From: Tricharina praecox
Taxonomy: Eukaryota
Length of the DNA: 64,000 bases
Assembly (NCBI RefSeq): GCF_024521635.1
Contig: NW_026250415.1
Coordinates: 372,001 to 436,000 of the forward strand
Reading direction: 5' to 3'
The position numbers were made by a program, and so were the translations under genes. The notes below the pieces were generated by a model. That model was not told where the DNA came from, did no database searches, and saw only the letters and a program-made list of their open reading frames with translations. Positions 50,263-62,648 of the stretch are shown in pieces (the first letter of the stretch is position 1; every line of letters starts with the position of its first letter).

Positions 50263-51131
50263 GCTTGCGCTGCGGGTGATGGTGTAGCAACTGTTTCTTC
50301 TATTTCTTCCCTTCTCCATCCACTCTTCTCTCTATGTGCAAACCTCTACTCCTCATCTCATCTACATTTCTTTCAGTCTATTTTTGCGGGCGGGCGGGAT
50401 GGCTCTTCCATGGTTTTCTTTTCGGCGAGCGGGGTTCTCGGGAAGGGGAGGATAATTGTAAATGGGCGATTCTTGATTCAATCTCCATTCGTTCCCACTC
50501 TACTTGCGGTAGGGTGAGGTGTTCACTTGATTTCCATCGAGATCCACTCGGCGGGCGGGTGGGCGATGATCGATCTACATACGTGGTGTGCGGTGGGTGT
50601 GCAGAATTGGCCAATGAGAGAGGGCGGAATTGCCGAGCCACCGGATCACCGGGACGTTCCGGTTATGTGACATGCAGGCAGTTGCGCGTTGTACCAGTAA
50701 TATCATGTGCTTAGCTCAGTCATGTTAGCTTAGTCATGTTGGGCGCGCAAGCCGTATTGAATGCCCTGACTTTTACATACTATGCAAAGGTCCATAATTG
50801 TATGACTAGACTTGCAGACTTCACCTTCCAAAGATCGATCCATATTCGACAACCCAGCGCGGACCAGCCTGACGAGTGATACTTTATGATGAGTTGGAAA
50901 TTGGGATACTACTTCCTAACTATCCATCCACGCCTCTGTAGTACCGTAGCCTGTCGCTATTAGAGTTGCCTGTAAGTGCAAGTAGAATATGTACAGCCTT
51001 CTGAGATCTGCCTCCCAGCGACCCCGAGTGCCATCCGATGCCTGTCCACAACTTTCACACCCCGATGATGAACGTGCACCCGCACATGCAACTCACACAC
51101 TTCCCCCACGGAACAAGACCAAAACATATAT

Positions 51132-51221
51132 CAAAAACGACAAGCTTCGAACTTGCGCGGGCGAACCCATGAGATGCTAATCGACTTCATAAGTGGAAGT
51201 ATTCGAGTCGTACTACTTAAC
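51132..51221 (-). pseudogene. 5'-truncated degenerate tRNA-Ser(CGA) with intron
   Basis: Reverse complement GTTAAGTAGTACGACTCGAA-[26 nt]-ATCTCATGGGTTCGCCCGCGCAAGTTCGAAGCTTGTCGTT matches the intact tRNA's anticodon, variable and T arms. The 5' acceptor strand is missing. Confidence 0.8.
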
Positions 51222-51442
51222 AAGGTAGGTACCTATGTAGGAATACATGTATAGGCTTATCCTTTGGCGTGTAGATTAAAAGCTACATTATCTGTACCAA
51301 ATGATAAACGGCCGTTCATTGTATCTCACTCTCTGACAAGCTACCAGCACAAAAAACTGCGTGCCCGTAGGTCTGAAAGCGTTTGTTAATCGGAGGTCGA
51401 AGGAGATCGAACCGTACTGAGTGGAACTTCATCGTGATGAGC

Positions 51443-52071
51443 ACACGTGTGGCTGGCTCGAAATGTTTGTAGTTTTCGAAAGTGAAAGATCCGGGGCCGG
51501 AGAGCGCAATTGAAAATGGAAGGATGATACGGCTGGGAGATAATCGGATGTGGCAGACTGAATGTGCTTTACCGGAGCAATTGAGCTTAATGATTTAGAG
51601 TGGTTACGGCCGTCGCGTCTTTGTGTGGCTATTCTGGCTTGTTTTTTGAAGCCACCTATTCGTGTAGACGGCCGGGTGATAGCAAGTGATTTGTCTTGCA
51701 CCAGCCGTACTGTGCCGTACTGTGCCTTAGCAATCCGCAACCTTAGTGCAGTGAGGGTCTGATAGTCACACGTGTGGCCGGTTCGGAATATTTGTAGTGT
51801 TAAACGGTGAAAGATCCGGGGCCGGAGAGCGCAATGGAAAAGGGAGGAGGAGACGATTGGGACATAATCGGATGTGGTAAACTGAATGTGCTTTACCGGA
51901 GCAATTGAGTTTAACGATTTGGAGTGGTTATGGCCGTCGCGTCTTCGAGTGGCTATTCTAGCTTGTTTCTGGAGGCTATCCATGTAGACGACCGATTTAT
52001 AGCGAGTGATTTGTCTTGCATCGGCTGCACTGTGCCTTAGCGATTCGCAACGCTGGTGCAGTGAGAGTCTG
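51443..52071. repeat. Two-copy ~325-bp diverged tandem duplication (51443-51760 / 51768-52071)
   Basis: Both units start cacacgtgtggc and share gtgaaagatccggggccggagagcgcaat, actgaatgtgctttaccggagcaattgag, ggccgtcgcgtct, gtgatttgtcttgca, actgtgccttagc and gtgcagtgag. Confidence 0.92.
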
Positions 52072-52709
52072 GTACATACATACGAGACAAGCAGATGATG
52101 TGAAGTGATCTTCACATTTCACTCGGCAATCTCTGCCACTCTACACAGTAAGTGCAAGAACAAGTGCTTGGATCTCACAGGGTCACCTCCCAGGCCCAAG
52201 TGCATAGCTCCACCCAACCACCACCCCAGCAACTTTCCAAGAAATCTTCCGATATGCACACCATATGTATCGTTCTTGCTTCGACTTTTCTTCATATGTA
52301 GTGCCTCCTACCCCGCTAGGATATCCCGGATTTTCGGTACAATTGACCTTTCAAACGTGAATCGGTTGGTTATTGGGCCGACTCGATCATTCGGCCTGAT
52401 CATCTGGCCGGCGTGGGCTCCCCACGGCCATTGCCATTCGAGTCCCGCTGTAACCCCAAAAGAAGGCCCCGTGGCGTGAGTCTGGTTGTGAGTCTACATA
52501 GCTTCTAGGCTTCGGTCGTGCGTACGCTGTTAGCCAACTGTCTCCAAGTTGACTTGAAATTCCTGCTTCGCTGCCGGGCCCTTTGTGCCATATCTCGTCT
52601 ACTTCTGAAGAGCACTGTTGTGTATTCAGAATACTTTTTAGGTATTAGAATACCTGCTTAAATGGAGTAAACATAAGAAGAGGAAAGTTAAAAAATAAAA
52701 AGAATATAT

Positions 52710-52808
52710 CGACAACGACAAGATTCGAACTTGCGCGGGCGAACCCATATGATGTCATCAACTGTTGAGCATTCGAGTCATACTCCTTAACCACTCGGAC
52801 ACGTTGCC
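52710..52808 (-). tRNA. tRNA-Ser(CGA) with ~18-nt intron
   Basis: GGCAACGTGTCCGAGTGGTTAAGGAGTATGACTCGAA-tgctcaacagttgatgac-ATCATATGGGTTCGCCCGCGCAAGTTCGAATCTTGTCGTTGTCG. A and B boxes, long variable arm, paired acceptor stem and downstream T-run terminator are present. Confidence 0.96.
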
Positions 52809-55800
52809 ATTAATGAAAATGTGTTATGCCCAGTAACCATACGGTAAACAAATCCACTGTTACTCTACCCATCTCCAAAATCGTACGATATCTTCATAAC
52901 CACGGGCAAGCATATCGATATGGCCCACATCAGGCCGTTGGGAAGTCGTGTAGATTCAACCGACGACAACGACATAGGTTCTAGCGTTCCCTCCCCCTGG
53001 TACATGATCTTCGCGATTCCGAGTCCCGACCCGGGGACCCCTCACCACCCCCACCCATATTGGCCAGTGTTAAGCTCGCAGCGCTTGTTTCTGATATCTC
53101 AGGTTCATCCGATATAAGGAATGGCGCCTAAACTCGCAGCCGCGGTATTGACTGGGTTTGGTTTATCCGGCTGCCGCTAGACTTCACTCCTTCATCGTTG
53201 CGAATATCAGAAGGCATAACATAGAGCTTTAAATCCACGGTAATATTAAGAACAATAAAAGAGAGGTTCTCTTGGGGGCATCGGCAAGGGCCGTGGATGG
53301 ACTGCGTGCCAAGGGGCGACTCGTTTGTTATTCTATTTTCTCTGACTTCAAAGCCAGCACAAGCTGCTCCTCCGGCCCGGTCCTTACTCGGACACGGATC
53401 CCACCAATTCGACCTACCTGCCGGCAACCCAACGACGACTTACGCAAACTGACTGGTAGGCAGGGGGTAAGCTGCGGAGAGTTTTCATCTTCCAGCAGAG
53501 ACCTACAATGCAGAATACTGTCAGCTAATGCCATGGAATCAAGGAATGCGGTTGTTCTCCCCGTGCATCCTGGCTTTTACCTGAGACCTATAGCAGCTCG
53601 ACGTAACCACTCCATGGACTTTCCAGATTCCAGACGCCTGCGCTCGAACTTACAGCTGGGCATTGACATGCTCAACATTCTGTCCCCAGAATTAGTACCT
53701 AGTGGCCCCGGCGTTGTACCGAACGGCAGGAGGCCAAGATAATCCGTCCTTCAGCCGGCGATCTCAGCATTTCTCGCGGGGTAGAGATCCAATCTGCCGG
53801 GTCTACCACTGGTCACGCTGATACATACCAATCCGGGCATGCTATATATGGCTGGAATGCTGCGGCCACCTTCTGGACCGGATCGGAATGCGTCGCTTAC
53901 CTCTCCACGAGTTTGTAATACTGAGGGTCGATGGCCTTCACTGCTTAGAATTAGGTATGCATGAATGGCACTGAAGTTTGATGTGCGGTAGGTATCCGAT
54001 GTCAAGAGCGGCAATTAGTGTTAATTAGGCGCGCGCAGCCGGCGCATGACTTGCATGATATCCGCAACACGTCTGCAACAAAGGGGGTTCATGCGTTAGG
54101 AGCATTGTGCTAAGCAAATCTATATCTATTAGTAGTTGCGAGAGTCAGGCAACTAAATCGAAGTGACGCTGGCGTTAGTTAGCATGCACGTCCTAGACTT
54201 CGGAGTTCAGAATAAGTGATCGCTTATGATCTGTGTCTCGTAAGCCACAGCGCAAGTAGAAACAATGATACATATCCACATTTTCGACAGTGCGGAATTT
54301 TACCCCGCGATCTACCTTTAATCCAACATTGCGACACAGTGAGAAAGACCTAGTAGTTGTAGTAGAGTCACTTCCAGCGGGCGCCACGGGTTCTGCGGGG
54401 GCCCCACACACAAAAGAGGGTGAATCACGCTGTAAAAAGCGCATATTAGAGCCGCATCTATTATTCGCGTGAGCCATTCCAACTGAAACTCGCAGGTGGA
54501 GATCCTGATAGAAGAAGATGCGATTGAGTATGGGAATGTCAAGCGCCATTTTGGGTCACGACAGCTGGTCGCCGGCGATCTGCGGGACAACGCGAAAACC
54601 AGTGAGCAGTAATTCTGCCTTTCATAGTTGTTCTCTTTTAATACTAGACTCAAATCACATCCGTGGTAGCCGCGCGTCCAGATTGGCCTCAGAGTGCGAA
54701 CAGCTGGTTCGGTCACCGGTCAGGAGTCGAATACTCTGTAAGCCTCGAATCACATTGAGTCACTCGAGCCCGTGATCCAGCTTGCTTTGGCGGGTAGGCA
54801 GTACTCAAATACCTCAAGGGCGGGAACCAGAAACAGGCCATCGTTAGCGCAAGCTCGTGGACGGTCTCTCCTCAGACGGCCTACGGTAAGGAGGATCATA
54901 ATTTATGACTCGCGTTTCGAAGCTACGGCTCCCCGGCATTACCCCATAGGGACAAAATTGCATCCCCGAAATCACCGATTTTCCTCCGAATTAACCTGCC
55001 GTGCAGCATATCCATCACTACACCCCCGAATAACACAACCCTCCGAGGCCGCTAGCAAAAACAGGAATAAAAGCACCCCTTGTCGCCAGAAAATGGATTC
55101 GAGGCGGAGACATGACGAAGAGAAGATCACCATCGCCACCGAAGTACCAGTACACACTGGTATCGAGCTGAAGAAACCGCTGCCATGGCCGCGGGGCCCG
55201 CCTCTGCTATTCTGCAACGTCACGCCGTCAGCTTCCAACCGCCCCTGACTCCTGAGTCCACACGAAGAGCAACGCCGACAAGGAGTCGGACAGAGCAATG
55301 AGTAGAATAGCTGACAATCTGGCCTGCGCCATCGAACTCTTCACACACCGCTAGAACCCCCAACTGGAGTATGTAGGTATTTGGAATACATAACATCTGC
55401 TAAACGAGAACGCATTAGTTACGGTACTTGGAGCACTCGAATCGACCGAACGCGCACAACGCTAGCGGACAGGTGGCGGAAAGCAGCAAGCGAACGCAAT
55501 GGTGATTAGATCTCAGTCGTGGATCTCACGCACCCCTTCAGCCTCCTTCTCCGCCATGGGATCGATCCCGCTTGACGTTTGATCTGGACTCGTTCTCTTC
55601 GGCTGAAGGATCTGCTTGCAGGAATTAGAACCCGACTAAAAAAGCAACATATCCCGTCGCATCCAGTCACTTGAGTGCTGAGAAGCCGCGGCAAACGTTG
55701 TGGCTGGAAAAGAAACAGGTCGGTGTCAGTTACTCATGCATAAACCCCCAACATGGCGGTTTTGCAACGGATCGTGGCACAGAAAATCAAGCGGCCAAGC

Positions 55801-58800
55801 CTCTGTTTTACTGCTTCGCAACCATCAACGCAGGAAAAGTCTCACCATCCTGCCCGGGAAAAAACAAAAAACAAGAGAAAAACAAATAACAGAAAAACAA
55901 AAACAAAACAAAACCGCAACACGTATCAACCACCAGCAAGCAAAGCAAAGAAAATCCCCCACATCCGACGGGATCCCAGGCGACCCAGAAAGTAAAAACG
56001 CCCGAAATCCCAAAAGCCACAATAAACGCACATCGGCAGCATTCGCCCCGATGAGCACTTCTCCTCCGGCCCAACCACCCACCTTCCCCCGCTCCTCTCA
56101 GCGGCTACGTGACCAGTGACCATTCAGACCCGGACGTGGACGGACGGACGGGGGGCCTTGGCCGCCGCAAACCACCGACTCCCCGGGGCTCTGTTCGTTC
56201 AGCCTCCGCGCGCACCCGCCGCCAAAATGCAATGCGAATGGCAGTTCAGTTCAGCCGCTCGAGCCTTCACATCTGCATTGCGTACGTACTACATGGGGTC
56301 GAGATGGGCTCCCCGTATTCCCTCCTGTGGCTCTCACTGGTCGTCGTCTCGAAGAGGGGCCGGGTCTCGCGATCGGGCCACTCGGCTGGCTGACACGATC
56401 TTGGCTTGGGCTGGTCCCACCCACCCACCCACCCACCACTCACCTACGGCTGCAGGTACGACAATCGAATACCTACCATACCTATGCTCCACCATGCCAG
56501 TGTGCCTCCTACGGCCCAGCCAAAGGGGGCTGTGGTTACGGTACCTCAACGGGCCGCTGCATAGAGTGTATGTGTACTTTTTCTCTCGCTGTCCACCCGG
56601 AACGCGGAGTGCGCCCTTCTTCTTCTTTTCTTGCCGGCTCGGAATCCTCTGGTACCCGCGGCATGGATGCGATGGAGAAGGAGAAGGAGGAGTGGCATGT
56701 GGGTTAGGGGTCATTTTTGACCTGTCTGCTGCTGCTGCTGTGGGGGGAAACGACACCCTCTCACCCACCCTCCTCCACCGAGGCGCCAAATTTCCCAAAC
56801 CCAAGGAGTGGAGTCCACGGATGATTTGCACACTCTACATAGCACGGGACCCGTTATGTCCGACCCCGACCCCCGACCCCCGACCCCCGACCACCGCGCC
56901 GACAGAGGACTGCTTTCTTTTTCCCCCTCCCCCGTCCCGCCCGAGGCACAACATACATAAAATCACCAGTGCAGTCCTGAGCCTCGGCGCGGTGGTGGTG
57001 GTTGTACGAGCGTTGCTTTTTTAGGCAATTGACGGCGCTAGGTATCCATACCTACCAGTCACTCCACTTGCTTGTAGTCAGGATCTCTCATTTGATGATC
57101 TTCCGTAAGGCAGAAGGAGGACATCAAATTATGTTGGAAGCCACTAACAAGCAGTTATGGATCTACCGTGCCCGACTCTACTCTACTCTACCACGTTGTC
57201 CGAGAGAAATTGAGAGGAACGGCAGAAAGCAGCCACCTCCCTCCCTCAGCGGGGCAATGAACGAACGCAATTTCGAGCGCCGCCGGTAGTTGCCATAGGT
57301 AACTCATTCAACATGGCGGCGGGCGCGAAGATCACTACTCCGTCGACTGTCCAGCGGCGCACGTCCCGCAGACAGACAAGGCTTATGTAGAGTAGGTATG
57401 TGCTACACATGACCTTGATAAAACATAGGCGCCGCGGCGTCAGATTGTGATCTTCAACGAAATGTAGATATCTACTGTCAGCTGAAGTTGGAACATCGAG
57501 GTATAAATTGCAACGGCCACTCTGCGAATCTCCGGTCCCCCCTCACCACCACCACCCGCAGCGAGGCCCGCACACGGCAGCGCGAGTCGAGTGACTATAC
57601 ATGTTGCCTTTTTGATGCAAACCACCGTATGGTACTTATCACCTACATACGGCCTATAAAAAGACAGTCCACGTGAGTTTGAGGAATGAGGAATGAGGGG
57701 GAAGGGGTGAAGTGTGGCAGGAGCGCTTACGCCACCAGGCCACCTTCCCAAGACCCCCCAGGCTCCTAGTAGCCGCCACGTTTGCCGGCCTCGGGAGGGA
57801 GGGAGGGTGGGAGGGAGGGAGCTGCTTAGTTGGCATCGGCAGCATTACATACCGGCTGGCGGTCTAGCCAGCGGCCACAGCCTTGTATGCCATATGTACG
57901 GTATAGGTAGAATAAGCACCAGCGGTCCAGCGCTTCGCATCTCGGCAGTCGGGCTCGGACTTGGACTCGGACGAACAAGCATTTGTAGAATATGCACGCA
58001 TCAGCATCGCATTAGCATTACGATTACGGGGGTGCCGGTGGGAGTGCATATGTGCATACGAATCCTCCCAGTAGAGTATGTGTGGTAGGAGGTAGGTAAT
58101 AGGTGGGTAGTTGAAAGCTGACGCTGCATTCTATCCCATTCCTTTTCACTGCTGTGTGTTTCCAGTATTCCAGTATTCCAGTATTCCAGTATTCCACTGT
58201 TTCCAGTTAACAAGGTATTAGTTGGGGCACGCAGCGAAGTCCGTGGGCGATCTGCTAGTAGTATGTACTGTAGAGTACTCTAACGACATGCTTGCTGACT
58301 TACCTAGTTCCTCCCCCGCGATATGTACGAGGTACATAGCATACGTACTCTTTTACTTCACACACAGCCACTGTCCTCCCCTCTCCCCTCCTCCCTCTAT
58401 CCCCCTCATCTCTCCCTCCCTCTCTCCTCTCTCTAAGGGGGTTTTCCGAGGAATCAGCAGGTAGAGTATGATAGTTGGTGGTTGCAAGCCCCGCCGATCC
58501 AGAGTCGGCCGTGGCTGCTGCAGCCTGCATATCATCAGCCCTTCGAGAAGGACCTGAAACAGGCCACTGTCCTTGACTCCTTGCACACCCTTGCATGCCG
58601 GCAGGACAGTAAACCGTACCGCACTGTACCGCACCGTGCTGTAGTAAATAGACGTTATGTACCGCACTGTACTGTAGCAAATAGACGTTATTTATGTACT
58701 CTACAGGAGGGAGGGAGGAGGTGTGGGCGCGGGAAGTAGGAGGAGGGGGGAGTAAACAAAACACTAACCAACTAACCAACCTGCCGTACTCTACACACCG

Positions 58801-60421
58801 TTATGTACAATAGCTATCATACATAAATCCGGGGCGGGCGGGCGGGTGTAATATGATACACTAACTAGAGCAGTGCATACGAGCGGCGCTCTCCGCATGT
58901 CTGCCTGCTCATCCCCTCCCAACGGCGCGGTGCGTAACCGGGGCCGGGCCGCGGCTTGTTCCACACGACTCGGGAGGCGGGAGGGAGGGGGAATACCGGT
59001 ATCTACTGGAATACATGCCGGTACTGGAGTACTGGAGTACTGGGATACCGTACTAGAATACCTGCTGCGTCGCCCTGATTGTACAATAGTTATAGGTGGC
59101 ATACCATAGCATACCGTAGCATACAGTAGCATCGGCCGCCACTGTGACCAAGATCAAGACCAAGACCAAGACCAGAACCAGGGCCGGGACCGTGACCGAG
59201 TGGCAGCCTGCGGAAATCTACAGTCCTAATAGTAGTATACAGGATATACAGGATATCTCCATCATCATCCAAATAACAAACACTAATTTCTCGATTTCGC
59301 GACGATGCGTGCGTACGTGCGCTAAAGCCTCATGGCCGATCATGTTCCGCCCTAAAAGTCGACTACACACTCTACGTGCGTTGTATATGCACCTGCCCCG
59401 TTGCTAATCCTGGTCCCATGGACCATCCATCACAAACGGGCCGCCCTACTACCTATATCAATCATACGTAGAACGAGAAACAAGAGAAGAGGAGTCCGTG
59501 TGAGAATCATCGTCAATTACGTATACTAATTGTGTAGATAGTAGTAGCCAGCCAGCCATGTACCGTATAAGGTATGTAGGTAGGTCATGTAGAGTAGGTA
59601 GGTCAGGTAGGTTAGAGTGAGTATGAAGTAGGAAGGAAATCGTCAAAAGAAACCCAAAGCCCCATGAATCCCAAACCAAAAAAAAAAAGAACCTAGAAAA
59701 AATCCCCCCACCAGAAAAGAGAGCCATCTAATGTACAGAAAGTATATCAGACTAAACACCCGCCGGAAGCGAAAATGAAGAGCGAAAGAAAGCAAGAAAG
59801 AAAGCAAGACCAGAAACCGTGCCTTTCCCATGTAAAGTAGAATGCAAAAGCAACCATCCTCCATCCAATCCAATCCATCCACCGATCCATCATCCATCCC
59901 CCAAACTCAAAACCTGACATCCATAGTCCACCGACGTAGCCGTATTCGAATCCCGTCCACCCAGCCCAGGACACTTCCACCGATAGTCCTCCAAGTCCAA
60001 TCCTTTCCTTTCCCACTGTCTTGCCAGACACTTCCTCCCCTTCCCAGTCGAGTGGATGTCGTATTAGATCCACCACCACCTCCCAGACCCTTCCCCCCAG
60101 AAGCCATCACGGTCCTCCCATTATGGCGATGCTCCCCCCAGTGACCCATATGAACCCCCCAAATATAGGAGAAGAATAGGAGAACCAAATAAACCAAATG
60201 AAACCAAATGAATACTCCGCTTGTGCTCCATATTGTTACATGCGCCGTTCTTGCCAAACTCTTCAGAAAATAAAAATAAAAATAAGCGCAAAAAAGGAAA
60301 ATGAGCGATGCCGTTAGAAGTGAATGCATTGCCGGTCGTCAGAAAAACACAATGAAATATGCGTGTATAGATGCCAAGTATCAGTAAGTATCGACAAAGG
60401 AAATCAGTCATGTGAGAGGGT

Positions 60422-62415
60422 TTATGGGACATTAGCGTTGCTTGTAGTGTGTGGTGAGGTTCGCCTCCCGCCGGACAGATTTGCCCGGTCATCCCCCAGT
60501 ACTGGATGGTCGCGTGAATAATAGGTAGAGCTAGCAGGGCCGGATCCAGGCTCCAAGAATGGCGATACATCCCATGAGCTACGATGGCCAGGTGCGGGCG
60601 GTAGAGGATGTGTCGTTGCGGGAATTGTTTGTGGTTGTTGCCATATGGCATGTGAAGCAGTCACCGGTGCGATGCCTGGCAGAGATATGTGCGTACTATC
60701 CGATATTCCAGGCATTCGGCTCGCAGGTGACGCGGTAGAGGTTGAACTCCCAGGTAAAGGTGCCGTGCTCGTGGAAATGATCGAGGATGTTGTTGGTGCG
60801 CCAATGTCGCCAACGACCGGAGAGGGCGTCTTTCTCGGAGGCAGGCTCTCCGAAGGTCTGGGATGCGGCGCCTCATGGGGTGGAGCCCCGGGATAGGGCG
60901 ACGCCCCAGGAACCGGCGGAATGATTGAGGCGGTCGACGAGTAACTTGCAGACTTCTGGGAGTCAGTGATGAGGCCAAAGTTATGGAAGGGGGATATAAA
61001 CTCACGTATTTTCCAATGATCTTCTTCAGAGCATGCGGCAAAATACTCCATGCAAAGACCTTGACATCCTTCTCAATGTTCCTCGGCTTCGGGCTCGGAA
61101 ACTGCATGATGAGCTTAAAGAAGCTTTCGCAATCCTTCTTTCCCTTCGATACTGTCAGGGGCCTGAAACCTTCTAGGTTCCGTCGTATCCTGTTCTTCTC
61201 CTCAACCGTAAATCGTACGGCGATCAACGATTCCAGAAGATAGATGCAATCGACACTCGTCACGTAGCACTCGTTCCTCTCCGCCCACCAGATGCAGCTG
61301 ACGCAGACGGCGCTCGTCGGGCGATCACTCTGGGGAACCGGTCGGAAAGTGGCGTGGATCGTGTTCCCCTTCTGCTGCCGCCAGAATTGGACCAACCGCC
61401 TCTTGCTATCCCACTCCTCCGCAGTCCAGTGTTTCGCCATATCGCTCAAATCTCCCTGGATCTGCAACACTGCTTTGTGGGGGTAGATCGAGTAGGGGTT
61501 GAAGCCGGGCGGTCCGCGGCTTCCTGCCTCGCCCTTGTCGGCCAGGGTTGAAGTCCGAATGAGCGTGGGGTTGGGAAGCTCGGGCGGCGCCAAGACGCTC
61601 GCGGTATCCGCGGGTGAAGCCGCAGTGAACTGCGTAGCCCATCCTCCCTGTGTTGTGGGGGCGGATGATGCGTGGGAGAGCTCTGAAGGTCCACCGTAAG
61701 AGTATGGGAAGTTGCGGGGCGAGGCCTGGGGTTGGTATGACCCGGAATGCGCCGAGTCTTCGTAGCTGGAATACACACCGTAAGAGCGCTCGCTGTTTGT
61801 GTTGGTGGCGTACGTAGAAGTGTATTGCGGGCCGCTAGTATGCGGGTACCCATATGGCCCATAATCTTCACTTTTGGGGCGCAAAGGCTGGGCGGCAGCG
61901 CGCTTCGCTGGGGCGCGCATATCCGCGGAATCTCCGGAAGCTTTGCGCTTCAGGGTGGCGCGGGGTGGTGACGAGTACGAGACCGGTGCCGGCGCATCGG
62001 GGTAAGCAAACCCGTTGGTTACTTCTTCCATGCCCAACTGCTGTCCCTCCTCGTCCTCTATCAGAAGGAACACCTTGACCTGCGACGACCTCCAGCCGGT
62101 GCTTCGGAACGGCGGAACCGGAACGGTGATCTGATATTCATCTGGCCGGTTCGTCGGTTTCGGGCTTGCGGTGTTGTTGCATCTGTAAGTGCCAAAAATG
62201 AGTCGGAACGAGCGCGGATCCGTGGTCAGATCCGTTGCCGAGTGCAGATGCACCGAAAACAATGCCCCATCTCCTCCGGCGCGTGGATCGCTCCCCACGA
62301 TCTGCGGAAGCTCACCGTACTGCCGTGAGCCATAGATGGGCTCGCCGAGGGTTGTAGGTGGATGCTGCTGCGCGGTTTGCTTGGAGGTGATTGATGGGCG
62401 ATGTCTCGGGAGTGG

Positions 62416-62459
<44 letters not shown>

Positions 62460-62648
62460 GGGAGCTGGCCGTCGAGTAGTGAGATTGAGACGGATATGAT
62501 CCATAGGCAGGTGGAATGGTGGAATATTGCGCCTGGGCGGGTCTCGAATCGTATTCTTTCCAAAGTCAGTCCACGTCCCGCAAACCAGTGCAGGGCATGC
62601 GAGTCAGTTCTCACCAGGTGCCTGAGATGTTTTCCCGTAGCCCGACAT
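60422..62648 (-). CDS. medA: Medusa-family developmental regulator (possible GUG-initiated extension from 62873)
   Basis: NPTLIRTSTL, FNPYSIYPHKAVL, WTAEEWDSKRRLVQF, VSCIWW, CYVTSVDCIYLLESL, RFTVEEKNRIRRNLEGFRPLTVSK, PKPRNIEKDVKVF, ALKKIIGKY|SASYSST. Introns 62614-62556 and ~61006-60953. Poly-Q tract. Confidence 0.95.
62415..62460. repeat. (CAA)n coding repeat giving poly-Gln in MedA
   Basis: (TTG)n on the plus strand, in frame in the medA exon. Confidence 0.9.

Noticed and set aside
50887-51004. ATGATGA...CTGA pair suggesting a C/D snoRNA
   Set aside because: No terminal stem or recognisable rRNA-antisense guide.
51443-52071. Possible CRISPR-like array
   Set aside because: Only two long units, no constant-repeat/unique-spacer pattern, and a eukaryotic context.
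51429-52115. 228-aa minus-strand ORF across the tandem duplication
   Set aside because: The two units switch frame relative to each other and there is no recognisable domain, so the ORF is probably incidental.
56116-57024. 302-aa plus-strand ORF
   Set aside because: GTG start, low-complexity intergenic-type sequence, and no domain or splice support.
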